This document shows positions 24,216 through 36,705 of a DNA stretch of 64,000 nt, in pieces. The DNA is from Ramazzottius varieornatus (Eukaryota; Animalia; Tardigrada), in the NCBI GenBank assembly GCA_001949185.1, contig BDGG01000001.1:1045153-1109152 (forward strand), in the 5' to 3' direction. The position numbers and the translations under genes were made by a program. The notes beneath the pieces are model-generated. The model saw only the letters and a program-made list of their open reading frames with translations. It made no database searches and was not told where the DNA came from. Each line of letters begins with the position of its first letter. The first letter of the stretch is position 1.

Positions 24216-27136
24216 GTTTTAAGTTTTAGGACCCCAAGGGCAAAGTTGAACTGCCAACGCTATCTTACGTAGCAGACACCGCGGAATACGATGACGAAGT
24301 CCGTTTGGCCGTCTGACCAGTGGTCAGATGACTACGTCGGGAAAGTCAAAAGGGGTTCGAATTTTTCACTCACAAAGTTTTGAAGTTAGGATGACATCAT
24401 GTAGCATGAAAATGCGTAGGTAGTCGTTCTGGCATCCAACTCTCTGGAAGGGGTTTCAGTTAGTGGTTATGCCTGAAATTTTCCAGAGTGTCTTCCCAGA
24501 AGGGCGAAAATTTTTCAGAGACTTTGAACCACGGCGAGGTACGGCAAACTTACCGCACGATGCCCCTTAATATTCCCAACAACTTCAAGTCAAAAAACGC
24601 CATGTCGGAAGCAAAATTGATTGTATTGGGAATGGGCCGCAGCTACCCATATACTGTCCTATCCGGCAACAAAGAAAACAAACCCGCTGCGGTGGAGAAT
24701 GCAATATTACATCACTTGCCCTCCCTCGTGCACAACCTAAGGGGAAGCAATCTTACCTCGCCTTTTCGATACAAAGAAACCGACCCGAAGCCTCCGCCTC
24801 CTAAAAACCCCTCATGGTTGTACTCCCCAATAGATTTTCTGATATTCCTCGCCATCAGTGCTTGTTCGAGTAGCTGCTTAACAGATAGATGAGATGATTT
24901 GCCAAGCAGGAGTAATTACTGAAATAAGCAGTAATTTCTTGACAAAACTGGTTTGTGCTCCGGTAAATCTTCCTATTTATGCTTCGTGTTTCAGGGGGTA
25001 TTTCACATGGGTTCCTCTGGGCGTATGGACGGGCAATGGACCCTAAACTACGGCATAAGCAGGTGGCTGGCGACCAACAGAATAAAGAAACGTGTCATGC
25101 TATTCGCGCCAAAAGGGACCACGTGCGTGGTATGGCTCATCCGATTCTGATGAACTTTATCGTCTGGTAAACTTCTGAAAAGTCTAAAGCTCAGATCGTA
25201 AGCGCTCAGCCTTTTCTTCCGTCAACTCTGCCTTGAAAAAAGGTAGACTTCCCTCACAGTTTGATATGTAAACAGCCCAGGCTAGATTCCATGATCAAGA
25301 GCGATGCCCAGTGGAGGAATCATACCTGGCTACTATGTTTGGTAGCCAGCGTTGCATTAAAAGTACGTTACAATCAGCCGATGCTCGTTTCCTTCCCGGC
25401 GCACCCCAATGCTGTAACCGATTTTGGACCTAATTGGTTAACAGTCAGGATTATTAACAAACGAGTAACAGTACTACACACTGGTTTTACCCTGAGCAAT
25501 GAATGTTGATTCCATGTTTCTTCACGTATGTTTGTTCTGGTCGGGCTGACATCTATTATAAACTTCACGGTGGTCGATCGGTCTGCCACAGTAGATATAG
25601 CGACAATTTTGCAAATGCGTTCGTTTATGCAAAAATCCCTACAATTGTACAAAGCAGTCTTCCGTACAAATAACCGCCACCTTTTCGATCTAAGATTGCA
25701 CTACGTCACCGGAGCAGTGCAATCATAGTTGGTACTTTCTTGTCCGTCCCCCGCTCATACCTTTGTACCAAATGCGTAGAATGGTACCACTGGCTTGACT
25801 CGAGCTCCAGAGGTTTCTATCTAGCCATTGTGCACATATTGTTTGTACTTTATCGTCTGGTACTTCATCGTTTGACGCGAGAGCTTTTCGATAAGTCAGT
25901 TTCAAAAGCTTGAGATATCTACTCGATGGCGCCGTGTATTTAGCGATAAGACGAGTTTACACAACCGATCTTTTACATATGAGTTTTCTTGTCAAGCCTT
26001 TGTTAAACCCCGCAGCTCGTTTTAACCTTATTCCAATTACCGCTCGTTCCTTTTGCTGACGATAAGATTATGGATTACTGAAGGTTAACGGATCAACCGC
26101 CTTAGCCTCCGAGTGCTAATCTCATGGATAGATAGATATTTATTTAGCCTCGACAATCCAGAAAACGGTCTCCTCGATGGTCGGAGGATGAAAATATGTA
26201 AAAGTAGGAAAGATACAGCTCTGAGCAAGAAGAGCGACAAGCATTACAGCGAGATACATACCATATACGAAATTAAACAATTCGAGAACCAGATCCAAAA
26301 GTAGAGGTCAGGTTACACGTACAAGGCCCCGACACATATCATTCGAACCATCTATTAAGGTGCTGGAGTAGCATTCTTTCATATTCGTTGAGGTTCTCAG
26401 TTTCTTTGGTGTCTGTGTCAGGATCGTTCCTTCGGATGGGTTCGACGTTCGAGCTGGTTTAAGTTTCCGGCTAGATCCTTTGGCAGTGTGGTTGCTTCCT
26501 TGATGGTCGTCCCTTGGATTCGCTGCGTAATAATGGGATCGTCCACCGAACCTTTCAGTACCAGCGGTTGGTTGATCCGCACGACCTCCCCAGTTTCCGA
26601 CGTTACTTCCTCGGTGTTGTTGTCCGCTGCGACCACCAGCGCCTCCACGTTTACCAGGACTTCGACCACGGCACCGGTTGTTGTTACGGTTGTTGTTCTT
26701 TCGCTCGTTTAATTTGCTCGATTGGGTGGAACTGCTGCTGGTCAGGGCCCGACTTCTCCTATCAACGGTAGGTAGCGTCACGTCTTTCTACCATACATGT
26801 TGATGCGCGGACTTATCAACGGGGCATCGCGCTGCGATACCCGGATGGTGCCCTTTGGAAAGTTCCCTCCGATAGCGTTAAACAGACCCGTGACGAGAGC
26901 TGACAGGACCTTCTGGGGCTCGTCGATGTTCGGGTGGTGCACGGCGGGAGGATTCGTCAGGTGGCGTTTCTCCGCAATCAGCTGTTCGATGTTGCGTCTT
27001 CGGTCTCCCATTAGGACATGGTAATATAAGGACATGTTAGGACTGTTGTTCTTTCGCTCGTTTAATTTGCTCGATTGGTAATATGTCATTAGGACATTAT
27101 TATCGTAATATGTCATCATTGTAACATAATTACATG

Positions 27137-27187
<51 letters not shown>

Positions 27188-27242
27188 GTTATTATTATTG
27201 TTATTGTTATTATTATTATTATATTATTATTATATTATATTA
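27137..27242. repeat. (ATT)n microsatellite with degenerate units
   Basis: Directly visible. Confidence 0.95.
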
Positions 27243-27739
27243 CGTAATTGTCGTAATATAAGATCGTGATATGTCATTAGGACACGGTTAGAATTAAGCA
27301 GAAGCGTTGATTCTGCGTGATTGAACAAACACCACAGATATTTCATACTTGCTGTTGCACCATCATCAGTTGCAATCTCGCAGTAGCGGTAAAACTTTCC
27401 CACAGACAGTAAATATCCACACAGCGAACTTAAGTTATTGGGGTCGAACTAGAGTAGTGATGTTCTGATATGGGATAATGACATCTAATAAAATGAAAAT
27501 AAATATCAGCCGTCCACCGAAGTCTTACTAATTCGGGACTACTACAGTAAAACCTCTGCCTGACCTGATAAAATATTACGATAGTAGCACTCCTGTGAGC
27601 TCGGTATTTTAATATATTCTAATATTGGAGAACTCAACGGCAGGTCGTGGCACCCAGTCTTACAAGCATCCTCATCAGCAAAACACTCTGCTAAATATTC
27701 GCCCGAAGAGAGTACGATGTTTGACATGACGCTAACAAG

Positions 27740-28721
27740 CTAATAGTACTTTTCAAATAACGGATACGGACAGACGAGAAAATTGTCGTCTGCACTACCA
27801 GTGCCCGTGCTAGATCTTGCATCCTGCACCTCCACCCTTTGACATGGCAGTTTGCTGTGCCACACCGTATGTAGGTGCATGATGTAAGCGTATGCATCCA
27901 CGATAGCCCTACTGTACGCGTGTAGGGCCATCGTGGGGATGTTGTTTACTTTGCGAGGCGTGGTCGCAGACCACATTACTAGCGCGCACGCGCCAAATTC
28001 AGCAAATCAACCAGTTTTCGAAGCAACGGCAGCGTTACTCTCATTAGAATACATTTTAATACGGATGATGGACATCTTAATGATAATAAAATATCAGACC
28101 TCTGTTTCAAACTACTAAAATATCAATATTGGGTTCCGGTGCCCAAATCCGTTTACTAAATATAACTAAATATAGTAGATGCTGAAACCATCTACTATCA
28201 TCTACTTTAATAAAATATTACTATGGTAGAACATCACTAAACTAGAGGTGGGATTCGAGCAGAGTCGAACAATCAGGGAATTGCGATACAGTTGCGCAGA
28301 ACCGCTCATTAAGTGTGACTGCGTAGCTCTTTGGCTACTCTCTGCTGTTGCGCAACTATAACTCCGCACAGCCGAAAATGCCGTGTCTTTTCGCGCTTTT
28401 TTTTCTGTAGCCGATACTCGATAGCCGTCACATCTATAGGTCGAACAGGCTATGACGTACCAATGGGCCTTCGCAGCTACGCAGAATCCGACTTCAAATT
28501 CAGTCACCCTGCAGTCGGCTAATCTCTTTTGACTATTGCAGCTGTAGCATTCTGGAGTCTTATTTTCGACAGTTTTAAAGGTCGTTGTACACAAGCTGAG
28601 CCGGAATTTTGCTGGTGTCAGGTGTGGATTAAATTTGGTCCTCAAGTGCAGAAGATCATAAAAATTTAACACCATAGGCTAAACAAATTAGCAGAGCAGC
28701 AGGCAACCGCCACGGTCCAGG
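27740..28721 (-). pseudogene. Decayed tandem paralog of the Ly6/three-finger gene
   Basis: Signal-like RLPAALLICLAY. KTPECYSCNSQKRLADCRVTEFEVGFCVAAKAH aligns with KTLECYSCNEENVARC... of 29055-29618. The downstream piece NVVCDHASQ...Q*GYRGCIR / TYIRCGTANCH has a stop and a frameshift. Confidence 0.5.
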
Positions 28722-28769
28722 AGAAAACAGCTACAGTAGTACCGGAAGGGTCTAATTTGAAAGAATGTA

Positions 28770-28921
28770 CTGTAGTGCTACCAAATTATCGCGCACTCAA
28801 CCGCGTGATGAGTCATCGTTGTCCTGTACGATCAGATGACTCAATATCGTCTCTGTGACTTTCCCGGGGCATCATTTACTGTTCACGTGGTTGAGTGCGC
28901 GATAATTTGGTAGCACTACAG
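28770..28921. mobile_element. TA-flanked MITE, 152 bp, ~39-bp near-perfect TIRs
   Basis: ta|ctgtagtgctaccaaattatcgcgcactcaaccgcgtga ... tcacgtggttgagtgcgcgataatttggtagcactacag|ta. Confidence 0.9.
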
Positions 28922-29054
28922 TAATTACAGTCCCAATACCCAAATACCTCAATGGAGAGACTTGGACTTCCGGTTTAGAATGAATAGCTGAATGCGGAGT
29001 TCTTTCCAGTCCCCGCAGATTTTACAAGAGTGGTCAGGTTACCGGATCACACAG

Positions 29055-29618
29055 TTAATTTTCCAGTAACCGATTCGTGAAGATGACGACCACCGCAACA
29101 AATCTAAACTGCTGCAGACTGGTTACTGCAGTGCTATCTATAGCCGCTTTTTCCATCTCGGGACCACTCCAGTTGTTGCAGCGCGGAGTGTCGCAAGTAA
29201 AGACGTAAGTCGAAAGCATCTTAGCTGGTGTTCTGGTGGCAGCCATACCCCTGCGTCGGATGCATCCTCCGATGGAAGAGTCGTTTGCGCTTTTAGTCTC
29301 GTTATCGCAGTTACGAAGATATACACCTGCAAAAAGCGCGCAGCCGATCCACCAGCCGTTAGCAGAGTTGCACAAGGTCCACTGCTGAATTTCCTAGGTA
29401 GAACTACCTGCAGGCATCGCGAGCGCGATGCACTGTCCGACTTTACATTCGATGAAGTTTGCGCATCTGGCAACGTTTTCCTCATTGCAGCTGTAACACT
29501 CCAAAGTTTTATTTGTTGCACTCTTCACGGTCGTGATGGGTGCAGATGAGCTTCCTTGACCAAGCACCACAGATACAAAACATGCATTGCCCGGTATGAT
29601 CGACACCCACCCCAACAT
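29055..29618 (-). CDS. Ly6/uPAR three-finger-like secreted or GPI-anchored protein, 2 exons (29618-29408, 29326-29055), ~160 aa
   Basis: LECYSC start, spaced cysteines, CDTPRCN end and a hydrophobic tail. An 81-nt GT-AG intron with a gctaac branch site removes the in-frame stop. Confidence 0.7.
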
Positions 29619-30590
29619 TATTTCAGCTGATCGTAGTCAGTATATCAACAAATAATATTATTGCAGACCGAAGAAAACAATACATTGCCCGAGCTACGGT
29701 GTTGGTCCTGTAGCATTAACACTTGAAAGACCAAGGGGGTACCCCGGTTGCCTGGCGCACCCTAATTACCCTGCAGAATGGTTCTTGTTGAACGTTTTCC
29801 CCTCGGATTTCCACCTTTACTTTCAGAAACTTTCGTCCTGCTAATCCAAGGAGACGGGCACTAGCTGGAAGCGTTCTGGAAATTTCCAAAAAGTTTTCCG
29901 TTTTTGGCCAGATTTCGTCTTGAGTCGAAAGATCAAATTTTCACTCAATACCTGGCTGACGGAAAGTCTTCTGAAAAACTGAGAACAAAGCTAGTACATA
30001 GATACAATCTTAGAAGCTATAATATGACTCGTATTGTGTGGTCAGTGGTCAGAGCAAAATCACATACGTCTGGCACCTCGATCCACTAGGTGGCGCATTT
30101 TACCCAAAAATGCGGAGCGTACATGTGGTGATTGGCCCCATTTGACCCCGCCCCACGACTTCAGCCAGTTAAAAAGTGGAGAAGGTGGTCTACCACCCCC
30201 CCCCCCTTGTACTCCCAGCGCCTGGAATTGCGTGGTCTTTTAAGTGATAATACCAATATCAACTGACCACACGTGCACATTGTCATCGTTACCAAGCTGC
30301 CTCCAGCTTGACGCCACCTATGGACGACAACTTTACTACAGAATGGAAACGTGGGTCTGTACTGTGAAAGAGGGCGGCCTCACCAATCAGAGGGGAGGCG
30401 CATTTTGCACAAAGTTCGCAACCCATTCTCCGACATCACTGACTTTCAAAATTTACAGATCATCTGATCTGTCGATCGGTTATTCTACGCAGAGAGCTGA
30501 ACTCTAGTCGATTTGGAAAGACAAAACGCCTGACCGAATTGTAAGGGGAGTACAGGAGCACAGTAGGTTAATGAACAACAACGGTATAGA

Positions 30591-31715
30591 TCATCGAAAC
30601 TCCGAAAAATCTTCGTTTCGGTACGCGATACAGCGTATGTTGGTCAAAGACCGTCCTAGCGGAACCTCTTCTCTTTTTCTCTTTCGCCACCATTTGCATC
30701 CTCTAACATCGGCCAGTTCTTTGGCTCGAAAAACAGTCAAATATGGCATCCACAAAGGCGACATGCAGACCAGCATTACCGGTATGCTTTCTAGCCACCA
30801 CTGGACCACTTCCTGGTTGGTGCACCGCACAGTCGAACCGTCGACCGGTCGATCAAGCGTTGGGCTGTTCGTGATCCACCTGGTCCCAACCCGGTCGAGT
30901 AGGTTTTGAAAAACAAAGCCGGCAATCGTGACGAGATCTCCCATAGTCAAGACGATGAGAAATCTATTCAGTTTCCATTCAGTCTTTTGGCAAATGTCGT
31001 TCTGGAAGAAACGTCCATGTCGAACCGTCCGAAACCTTCCACCGCTGCTTTTCAGCCATATGACTGTGTACGAGAGAGTGATGATCAAACAACACAACAT
31101 AAAAATAATTACGTCAGGAACGAAGAAAAGCCTTGTGATATGATTTGACGGTAGCATCGAGGCGATGTTGATGGTGAATAAATGTTGTACCGATGACAGA
31201 AAGGCGAGAAGAAGCGCCAGGAGCGCGGAGGTGACGCACGTAGTAATCTTTGTGTCGTCTACTGTCTCTCGCCCAGCAATTCGCGTTCGATACACTGCGA
31301 GCATAGCAAGGAGAAACACTTTCCAGAAAAGCATAGTAGCCGTAATGCAGTTGTAGACATTGACGGGTATTGACCCCGTCAGACCTGCCGGAAGGATGCG
31401 CAGGAGTACCGTCAATGGCGCCATCAATAGCGAGATCGATAGGTTAGAGAGAGATAACAAGGCCAGGCTAAAGTGGGTCGGGATGTGTGTTAAGCAGTTA
31501 CGGCGAAGCAGGATGAGCACTCCAAGGTTGGATGTAAGTCCCAGAATGCCGAGCAAAGTGAAGATGGAAACAAATATCACGGTATTCATGACGGTGAAGT
31601 CGCTGTTGAATTTCTTACTGTATACAGCTGAGGTTACAGAGATGTTTACAGGCGGGACGAAAATCGCGCTGTGATTGTAATGCTCCATAAGTTGGACGAG
31701 CAATCTTGAAACCAT
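30591..31715 (-). CDS. Intronless orphan class A-like 7TM receptor (start 31715 or 31688)
   Basis: Seven hydrophobic stretches; N-terminal NxS/T sites; GLTSNLGVL (TM1), LALLSLSNL (TM2), LAVYR (DRY position), ITLSYTVIW (TM5). Confidence 0.75.
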   Translation of the reverse strand: MVSRLLVQLMEHYNHSAIFVPPVNISVTSAVYSKKFNSDFTVMNTVIFVSIFTLLGILGLTSNLGVLILLRRNCLTHIPTHFSLALLSLSNLSISLLMAPLTVLLRILPAGLTGSIPVNVYNCITATMLFWKVFLLAMLAVYRTRIAGRETVDDTKITTCVTSALLALLLAFLSSVQHLFTINIASMLPSNHITRLFFVPDVIIFMLCCLIITLSYTVIWLKSSGGRFRTVRHGRFFQNDICQKTEWKLNRFLIVLTMGDLVTIAGFVFQNLLDRVGTRWITNSPTLDRPVDGSTVRCTNQEVVQWWLESIPVMLVCMSPLWMPYLTVFRAKELADVRGCKWWRKRKREEVPLGRSLTNIRCIAYRNEDFSEFR

Positions 31716-33908
31716 GAAGAGTGCGTCTGGAACGGATTCGAAGATAACCACTCAGTTCCGAAAGTCGTGCAGCCAAACTTTCACCAAAGAAGAACTAAAG
31801 ATCTTTGTGGCGGCTTAGTGGCAGATGATTAACTGCTGTTACTGAAGTGTCGGTGATCATTAGTCCTCCTCACGACAGGCCGTAAAACTCCGTTGATTGT
31901 GTTGATCTTGAAAGTGGAATACGAAGTTTCGCTCTCAAGATACGCAGCCCTCGAGTAGCTTATCTTGAAAGCGAAAACGGATTATTCTCTGCACACCTGA
32001 CTCAAAATTTCAAATTCTCATTTCTCAGCTAATCTCTGTCTGCACAGTGCTTGACGTTGCGAGATACCGTTTCACGTATGGGCTTCTTGATACCTATCAG
32101 TGTCGGGGATATCGACAGACAGAGACTAGCCAGAGAGAAAACCATGAATTTCATCCTCGTTAGAAGGCAAAGTTTGCATACAAACCTACCCCGCAAAACT
32201 CGCGCATTTCCGCTCCCGTTTCCGAGACTTCGAAAAACGCACTGTTGCCTCACTCACGACTAATTTCCGTTGATCAAACAAACTCAAATTTTAAATCAAC
32301 CGTTTGCGACATAAACAGCTCGTCGTGAGGAGGACTATTGTATAAAGTACCATGGACTCTTCTGAATGTGTCAAAATGGCAGCGATGTACGCATAGTAGC
32401 CGCACTGAGTAAGCCTGTGCGGTTTTGCATCGATTGCCACCGACTGGAGGATGTAGGGGTTATGTGGATAGGGAAGGATTTTGAGCGGGTACGGTACGTG
32501 GCCTGTACATACTTGACGGCGATGCACATGTGCAGGGGGAAAGTGGGTCAGCAATTTTACGCGCGAATGCTCCGAGAGGGACCTCGGAAAATGAGGAGGC
32601 TGTATGGATAGATAGGCACAGCTGAAAATTGGAACTGAGATTGACGAGCCGAATATGACATGATGTGAGGGAGGAATCAGAAAAACCTTCAACAAGCCTA
32701 CCAAGCCTTTTCGTAGGCTCGATGGCGCCACCCGCGCCGGTGGTGACGCGCATCCTTGCCGAGACAAAGGCAAACCCGCCGTCAGGTGTTGTGGTAAGCC
32801 GCGTTTAGACTACTGCAGATCAGATGAGCGTTACGGACGACTTCGAAGGTCCAACCACACAGCGGATAAATCACGAATTTGCCTGACGCGTCTAGGCAAC
32901 CACGATCATATTATTATGCATGTCGACATTGTCCGCCGTTTTTAGTAGCCAATATCAAGAACCACGAGAGCGATCGAGCTGCCCCTGATTTCGATAATTC
33001 AAACTTTATCGAACATCTCGCAGTTCAGGGCGCTGAACTTACCAACATAATTTGGCGTTTTGATTAGTGGTGTGGGTAGTAAAGCCAAACAGTTATCTCA
33101 CATCGAACATGAATTCAGTCATAAACATGTGTTCAATCCTGCATGGATTGCTAGTATCGATTTCCATTTGTGAAAACTCGATCCGGCAAGAAACTGCACA
33201 CATGCTCGATAAATTTCAAACTTTCATCCATCTGCACATTTGTGGCCCGGCTAAGATCCTGTCCGCCTACGGCGTGGTCCTACAGAGCATGTTATTCTTC
33301 TGATACTAATGAGCAGTTCTGTAATCCGTTTAAGCTTGTCACTACTTATGAAAAAATCTAACGTCCCTTATTTCAGCGATAAAGCTCTTCGGAAGCCTGG
33401 GCAGACGTATCTTCGAACGGGATACTCTTCCTTGCAAAGATCTGTGACAGAAGACGGCAAATCAGCCGGATGTCCCGGATGTCGACAGATTGACCACGAC
33501 TGTCAGGTGACCACGTACACTGACTTGTCCCCTAGAAGAAATATCTCAACATGTGGAACGCATCAGACTGCTATTCATGCTTAGCTAGGGTTCCATCATT
33601 GTAGTCGATGAGGACGCCACCTACTTCACGTTTCGCTGATGCTTTTTTAACGGACCCACTAGAAAAACATGCAATTCAGCTCGTAATTCTATCGAAACTT
33701 ACGCTCGTCTGCAGAAGCTGTGGAGCGCCTACGAAGAACAGACTGCTCAAGACGGACGCAATAGGCGGATCGACACCAGTGTTTATGCCGGCGTAGCACT
33801 CAATTTTTCGGTTTTCCGCCACCCTGCTGTTCTTCACGCCGGCCTACGCCCTTTGATCTGCCAGAGTCGTGAGTTTATGGCTAACACCGAAATACCCATT
33901 ATGCACGA

Positions 33909-34211
33909 TCCACCACACAGTCGTACGCGTGAATCAGTCCCGGGTTGCCAGAACGCGGCATACCGGCTAATCAACGATCAATCGTCAATCAGTGAGACGT
34001 ACTCATCCCAAGAATGCATAATCAGGCGATCAATGGCAAACTAGCTTGACTGTGTGTGATATTTCACGTGTACGTCTCACTGATTGACAGCTGATCGTTG
34101 ATTAGCCGGTATACCGCGTTCCGGCAACCCGGGACTGATTCCCGCGTACGACTGTGTGGTGGAGTGGCCAGGAGGCCAAAAGTACCACCCATCGGCAGAT
34201 GAAACAGAGCT
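33909..34211. mobile_element. Foldback element family C, internally deleted copy (core with ~95-bp arms plus one terminal segment)
   Basis: tccaccacacagtcgtacgcgtgaatcagtcccgggttgcc...gtgagacgtac pairs with gtacgtctcac...ggcaacccgggactgattcccgcgtacgactgtgtggtgga. The terminus ...aagtaccacccatcggcagatgaaacagagct|ta matches 49939. Confidence 0.85.
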
Positions 34212-34705
34212 TAGAAGACCATCTGCAGCTCAAAAGGTCCCACTGGATCAAGTTACAAGAGCACGTACGACAACGGTCGCCGACCGAACAGGTAACGTGA
34301 CATTTTATAACCGGTGGTATGGCTTTTCCGCATAGCGACATCGTTTCACGAGCCTGCAGACTCGAGAAAGCGGAAAACGAACGAAAGCTCAACAAATTAT
34401 TTCTGCGGTTATCAAGAATAGAACGTGGTTAAACACACTGCGAACCCTGATGTACGAGTTTGCGATCAAACTGAAGTTGTGAAGAAGGTTTATAAGCCAG
34501 TCGTGTCTTTGCTGAACTGACGAATGGAAGTCGAACCGGTCGCCGTATAGATGTCAGGTTTATTGGCATTCGAGCCACAGAAGTGTCTACCACTGATAGT
34601 TCCTTCCTGACGATAAACCGTTCCGTTGAAAGTTATTGCGGGGGCACCAGTGAGACTCTACAGAGAAGAACTAGCCAGTCAGACTGACAGTTATGGTATT
34701 GACTA

Positions 34706-34748
34706 CACGCAGGACAAGAAATTATGGTACAGTAAAAGTTATGGGATA
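34706..34748. mobile_element. Solo end of MITE family A
   Basis: ta|cacgcaggacaagaaattatggtacagtaaaagttatggga. No partner end found. Confidence 0.65.
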
Positions 34749-36470
34749 CAAATGGTATTCGGGTAACCTATAGTGGCTGCAGCTGATAACGAGGCAGACA
34801 ACATAGAGTCGTATCATCCGCAAACGAGGTTGGTCTTGAATTCTTATCATTTCATTGCTTGGTTCGAAACGGGTGGGGTGTGCATAGCTCCACTGATGAC
34901 GTATCAATAATACACTGACGATGAGCCCCATAAGTATCTGTCCACCCTATATTTTCATTCAAAATTCATAACATCCTTCACTTTCACGCGATTTTGATAA
35001 TTGGAACGTCTTTGTGAAGACCAGAGTTTCATCTTTCCGGCCACGTGTTTTTCTTTCGACCAAATCAGCAAATCAACTGGCAGTATTCAACCCTACGAAC
35101 CTCAAAATACCCTTGTTTTCGGTTCCGTGATGCGAAAGTCAGACAGTAGCTAGCAGAACGCGCTTGTAATCGTGAGATGGGGTCAACATCGGGCTTTCGA
35201 ACAAGCCCTCCCAAGATTCACCTATTCATATGCACTTATCTATCTGACCCACATATTATTTATTGTGCGAGATAAACAATATCTTCGCTCATTCTCGAAA
35301 TCGACGTACATACTGTACTGCCTCGGGTAAATCACAACAGTGTGAGAGTTTACGTGATTAACCGCCGGTCAGTCCACGTCACCTTACCAACATCTACGGG
35401 CGTTTATTACTTATATGCATTTCACGGGGCAGTACAGCACATTAATCGCCAACCTTAGTAGTTGCAAGCACCATGAATAAGGTATGCCGTTGGATTAGTT
35501 TCCGACCTTCCGTGGAGCTCTCACTCGGATTTCGAACCAGTTTGTCCAGCGTTAGTGTTTTCAATGGACGGGGAAGAACGAATAACCGCAAGGATCCTCG
35601 CTGAACGAGTTAGAACGAGTTCCTACGCGAGTAGCAACGCGGAGCGAGCACCGCGAGACAGTAATGGGTATCTCCATATGAGAATGCGTCCAAAGTATTT
35701 TCGCTCGGAACTGGCCTTATATGACATCAAGTTCTACCAAATATTAAGCGGCACCACAGGTTCAATGTGCCGCACTTTGCTGCGGTAATAAAACCAAAAC
35801 GAATGACTGAAAGATTTGAGAATACCTTTTGAAAATCACAGGGGTGTTAGGAGCCTGTCTTAACACGAGCAACGCGCTCCAGTTTGAGACGCGAACTACT
35901 GAGCAATCCTGGTGCACGTCGTCTCTGCACTGTCGGTATATGATTAGCTGATTAGAAAAACTGCGCACAGCCCATACAACCGATCCGCGTGCTGATTATG
36001 CAGTAGACGGGAATTCGGTGCTTCCACCTTGTTCTTCCCCACCTTCTAATCTGTGGTCGAAACTTGATATCGACTTCAGATTTATTTTTCTCACGGTCTG
36101 CTTGATGTAGATATAAGTCCGGTCTAAGTTTGCCCTTGGCGTCCGAAAACTTTAAAATGTGCTCTCCTGAACAATTTGGTCATAACCCGTTTGGACGCAT
36201 TCTCATATGGAGATACCCAGTTAGTCGATTCACCTCCGTGGTCAACTGCGCCCACCGTAAGTACAGTCAGTTAACCGAAATGTTGAACGTTGGAAAAATG
36301 GGAAGAGTCCTTCACAGGGAAATGTGATCGACTGTGCATGTTGATTGACTGGCGAGTGTGCTTGATTAAGGATAGATATTTCCTGATCCCACTTGGTGAT
36401 CTTTTCGAGCGTGTCACGTGTGATTGCGCGAAACTTTCGAGGGAATATGGTACTTAGAGAACTTACTGTA

Positions 36471-36566
36471 CACGTGTCTGGCCTAAATGTGGNNNNNNNN
36501 NNNNNNNNNNNNNNNNNNNNNNNNNNNNNNNNNNNNNNNNNNCCTCACATTTAGGCCAGGCGCGTG
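36471..36566. mobile_element. MITE family B copy containing assembly gap 36493-36542
   Basis: ta|cacgtgtctggcctaaatgtgg-N50-cctcacatttaggccaggcgcgtg|ta. Confidence 0.85.
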
Positions 36567-36643
36567 TATATGATGAGGTTAAGGCTATATTTTCCTCTTT
36601 ACACTCGTTGTATCGCCAGCGAGTCCTTATGTACTTGACCCAA

Positions 36644-36705
36644 GGCATGGGTGTTATGAATGTTATGGGCATGGGTGTTATGAATGTTATGGGCATGGGT
36701 GTTAT
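36644..36705. repeat. 24-bp tandem repeat (ggcatgggtgttatgaatgttatg) x2.6
   Basis: Directly visible. Confidence 0.9.

Noticed and set aside
22076-26100. Search for the kinase Gly-rich-loop exon; splice-like pieces at 25300-25920
   Set aside because: No GxGxxG/A-V pattern was found, and the pieces do not resemble a kinase or any family I recognise.
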